Source: Thermoanaerobaculia bacterium (GTDB lineage: Bacteria; Acidobacteriota; Thermoanaerobaculia; Multivoradales; UBA5704). Taken from it: a stretch of 64,000 nt of DNA. Every line of letters begins with the position of its first letter. Within the stretch, counting starts at the first letter, position 1. The position numbers were made by a program, and so were the translations under genes. The stretch is from the NCBI GenBank assembly GCA_035644215.1, contig DASQPA010000202.1, positions 4,162 through 68,161 on the forward strand. Reading direction: 5' to 3'. Of this stretch, positions 62,389-64,000 are shown piece after piece. The notes under the pieces were generated by a model, which saw only the letters and a list, made by a program, of their open reading frames with translations, ran no database searches and had not been told where the DNA came from.

Positions 62389-64000
62389 ATGTCCGAGAGA
62401 CTCAAGAAACGTCCGATCTTCGATCCGCCCCTCGTCAGGCGGGCGGTGCGCGACGCGTTCGTCAAGCTCGATCCACGCCTGGTGGCGAAAAACCCGGTGA
62501 TGTTCGTCGTCGAGGTGGGGAGCGCCCTCACGACGCTGCTGATCGTCCGCGATCTTTTCCGCGGTGGCCACGCCGACCTGGGCTTCACCATCCAGGTGAC
62601 GCTCTGGCTCTGGTTCACCGTGCTCTTCGCCAACTTCGCCGAGGCCATGGCCGAGGGCCGCGGCAAGGCCCAGGCCGACACCCTGCGCAAGGCCAAGACC
62701 GAAACGGTGGGCAACCGCATCGTCAAAGATTCGACCGACGTCGATACCGTTCGCACCGAGCCGGTGCCGGCGCCGCAGCTCAAGAAAGGGGACCTGGTGC
62801 TGGTGCGGCCCGGCGAAGTGATTCCCGGCGACGGCGAGGTGGTCCTCGGAGTCGCCTCGGTCGACGAGGCGGCGATCACCGGCGAGAGCGCCCCGGTGAT
62901 CCGCGAGTCCGGCGGCGACCGCTCGGCGGTCACCGGCGGCACCCGCGTGCTCTCGGATTGGATCAAGGTGCGCATCACCTCGAACCCCGGAGAAACCTTT
63001 CTCGACCGCATGATCGCTCTCGTCGAAGGAGCCGAGCGGCAGAAGACGCCGAACGAAATCGCGCTCAACATCCTCCTCGCCGGCCTGACGATCATCTTTC
63101 TCCTTGCCGTCGTCACCCTCCTCCCCTACGCCCTCTACAGCGTCGGCGCGGCGAAAGCCGCGGGAGGCTTTGCCGCGGCCGCGCCCCCCACGGTCACCGT
63201 GCTCGTCGCCCTTCTCGTCTGCCTCATCCCGACGACCATCGGCGGCCTGCTCTCGGCGATCGGCATCGCCGGCATGGACCGCCTGATCCAGCACAACGTG
63301 CTCGCCATGTCGGGGCGCTCGGTCGAGGCGGCGGGCGACGTCAACACCCTGCTCCTCGACAAGACCGGTACCATCACCCTGGGCAATCGCCAGGCGGTCG
63401 AATTCATCCCCCTGGGGGACGTCACCGAAAAGGAGCTCGCCGACGCCGCCCAGATGGCGAGCCTCTCCGACGAGACCCCCGAGGGGCGCTCGATCGTCAT
63501 CCTCGCCAAGGACCGCTACGGCCTGCGCGGCCGCGAGCTCCAGGAAGGCGAGGCGACCTTCATCGCCTTCTCCGCTCACACCCGGATGTCGGGAGTCGAC
63601 ATCTTCGGCTACTCGATCCGCAAGGGAGCCGCCGACGCCGTCGCCACCTGGGTGCGCGAGCAGGGTGGTGCCGTGCCGCCGGAGCTCGACGAGCAGGTGA
63701 GCCGGGTGGCGGTCTCGGGCGGCACGCCCCTGGTCGTCGCCAAGGGACGCCGGCCGCTCGGCGTCATCCATTTGAAAGACATCGTCAAGGGCGGCATGCG
63801 CGAGCGCTTCGACCAGCTGCGGCGGATGGGGATCAAGACGGTGATGATCACCGGCGACAACCCGCTGACCGCGACCGCCATTGCGCGCGAGGCCGGGGTC
63901 GACGAGTTCCTCGCCCAGGCGAAGCCGCAGGACAAGATGGACCTGATCCGCCGCGAGCAGGCCCAGGGCAAGCTCGTCGCGATGACCGGCGACGGCACCA
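62389..64000 (+). CDS. kdpB: K+-transporting ATPase subunit KdpB (P-type ATPase), 3' end beyond the window
   Basis: The ATG at 62389 gives [45 protein letters not shown].... The phosphorylation motif [11 protein letters not shown] lies near 63355-63390. The ORF is absent from the track because there is no stop within the window. Confidence 0.95.
   Translation, partial: MSERLKKRPIFDPPLVRRAVRDAFVKLDPRLVAKNPVMFVVEVGSALTTLLIVRDLFRGGHADLGFTIQVTLWLWFTVLFANFAEAMAEGRGKAQADTLRKAKTETVGNRIVKDSTDVDTVRTEPVPAPQLKKGDLVLVRPGEVIPGDGEVVLGVASVDEAAITGESAPVIRESGGDRSAVTGGTRVLSDWIKVRITSNPGETFLDRMIALVEGAERQKTPNEIALNILLAGLTIIFLLAVVTLLPYALYSVGAAKAAGGFAAAAPPTVTVLVALLVCLIPTTIGGLLSAIGIAGMDRLIQHNVLAMSGRSVEAAGDVNTLLLDKTGTITLGNRQAVEFIPLGDVTEKELADAAQMASLSDETPEGRSIVILAKDRYGLRGRELQEGEATFIAFSAHTRMSGVDIFGYSIRKGAADAVATWVREQGGAVPPELDEQVSRVAVSGGTPLVVAKGRRPLGVIHLKDIVKGGMRERFDQLRRMGIKTVMITGDNPLTATAIAREAGVDEFLAQAKPQDKMDLIRREQAQGKLVAMTGDGT

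Overview
This is a gene-dense, high-GC chromosomal segment; hand counts give about 72% GC in core genes. It comes from a diderm bacterium, since it encodes a LolA-like carrier, an Omp85-like barrel, a porin and a sigma-54 activator. The flavour is Acidobacteriota- or Myxococcota-like, but the phylum cannot be established from this sequence alone. Core blocks are: purF'-purL-purQ-purS preceded by two MBL-fold hydrolases; an outer-membrane/lipoprotein trio; dprA; yedK-like SRAP and fadE; mdh-icd; cdd; glk-pgi; osmC; a bactofilin; tgt-yajC-secDF-relA/spoT; folK; and a sigma-54 two-component pair with kdpF-porin-kdpA-kdpB (kdpB runs off the right edge). Between these blocks sit lower-GC accessory islets, about 53-56% GC in hand-counted samples. 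(i) vapBC plus a methyltransferase. (ii) A Septu-like ptuA/ptuB pair. (iii) higBA, nine tandem 40-bp palindrome-bearing repeats and a TIR / P-loop STAND / TPR gene directly behind spoT, with a 60-bp duplication of the neighbouring permease gene as an insertion scar. (iv) A HicB-like ORF, an unknown ORF and yefM-yoeB plus five tandem 43-bp repeats, inserted between the response regulator and its kinase. A 1.4-kb stretch with no confident gene (25.5-26.9 kb) holds a nested palindromic element and a roughly 615-bp array with strict 21-bp periodicity whose two halves are in inverted orientation. My best candidate for something undescribed is the spoT-proximal islet (40.8-45.0 kb). More generally, tandem arrays of 21, 40 and 43 bp abut the 3' ends of accessory, toxin-antitoxin-linked genes three times in this window. 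No rRNA, tRNA, CRISPR array, transposase or integrase was recognised. All family assignments rest on motifs read by eye; no database search was possible.
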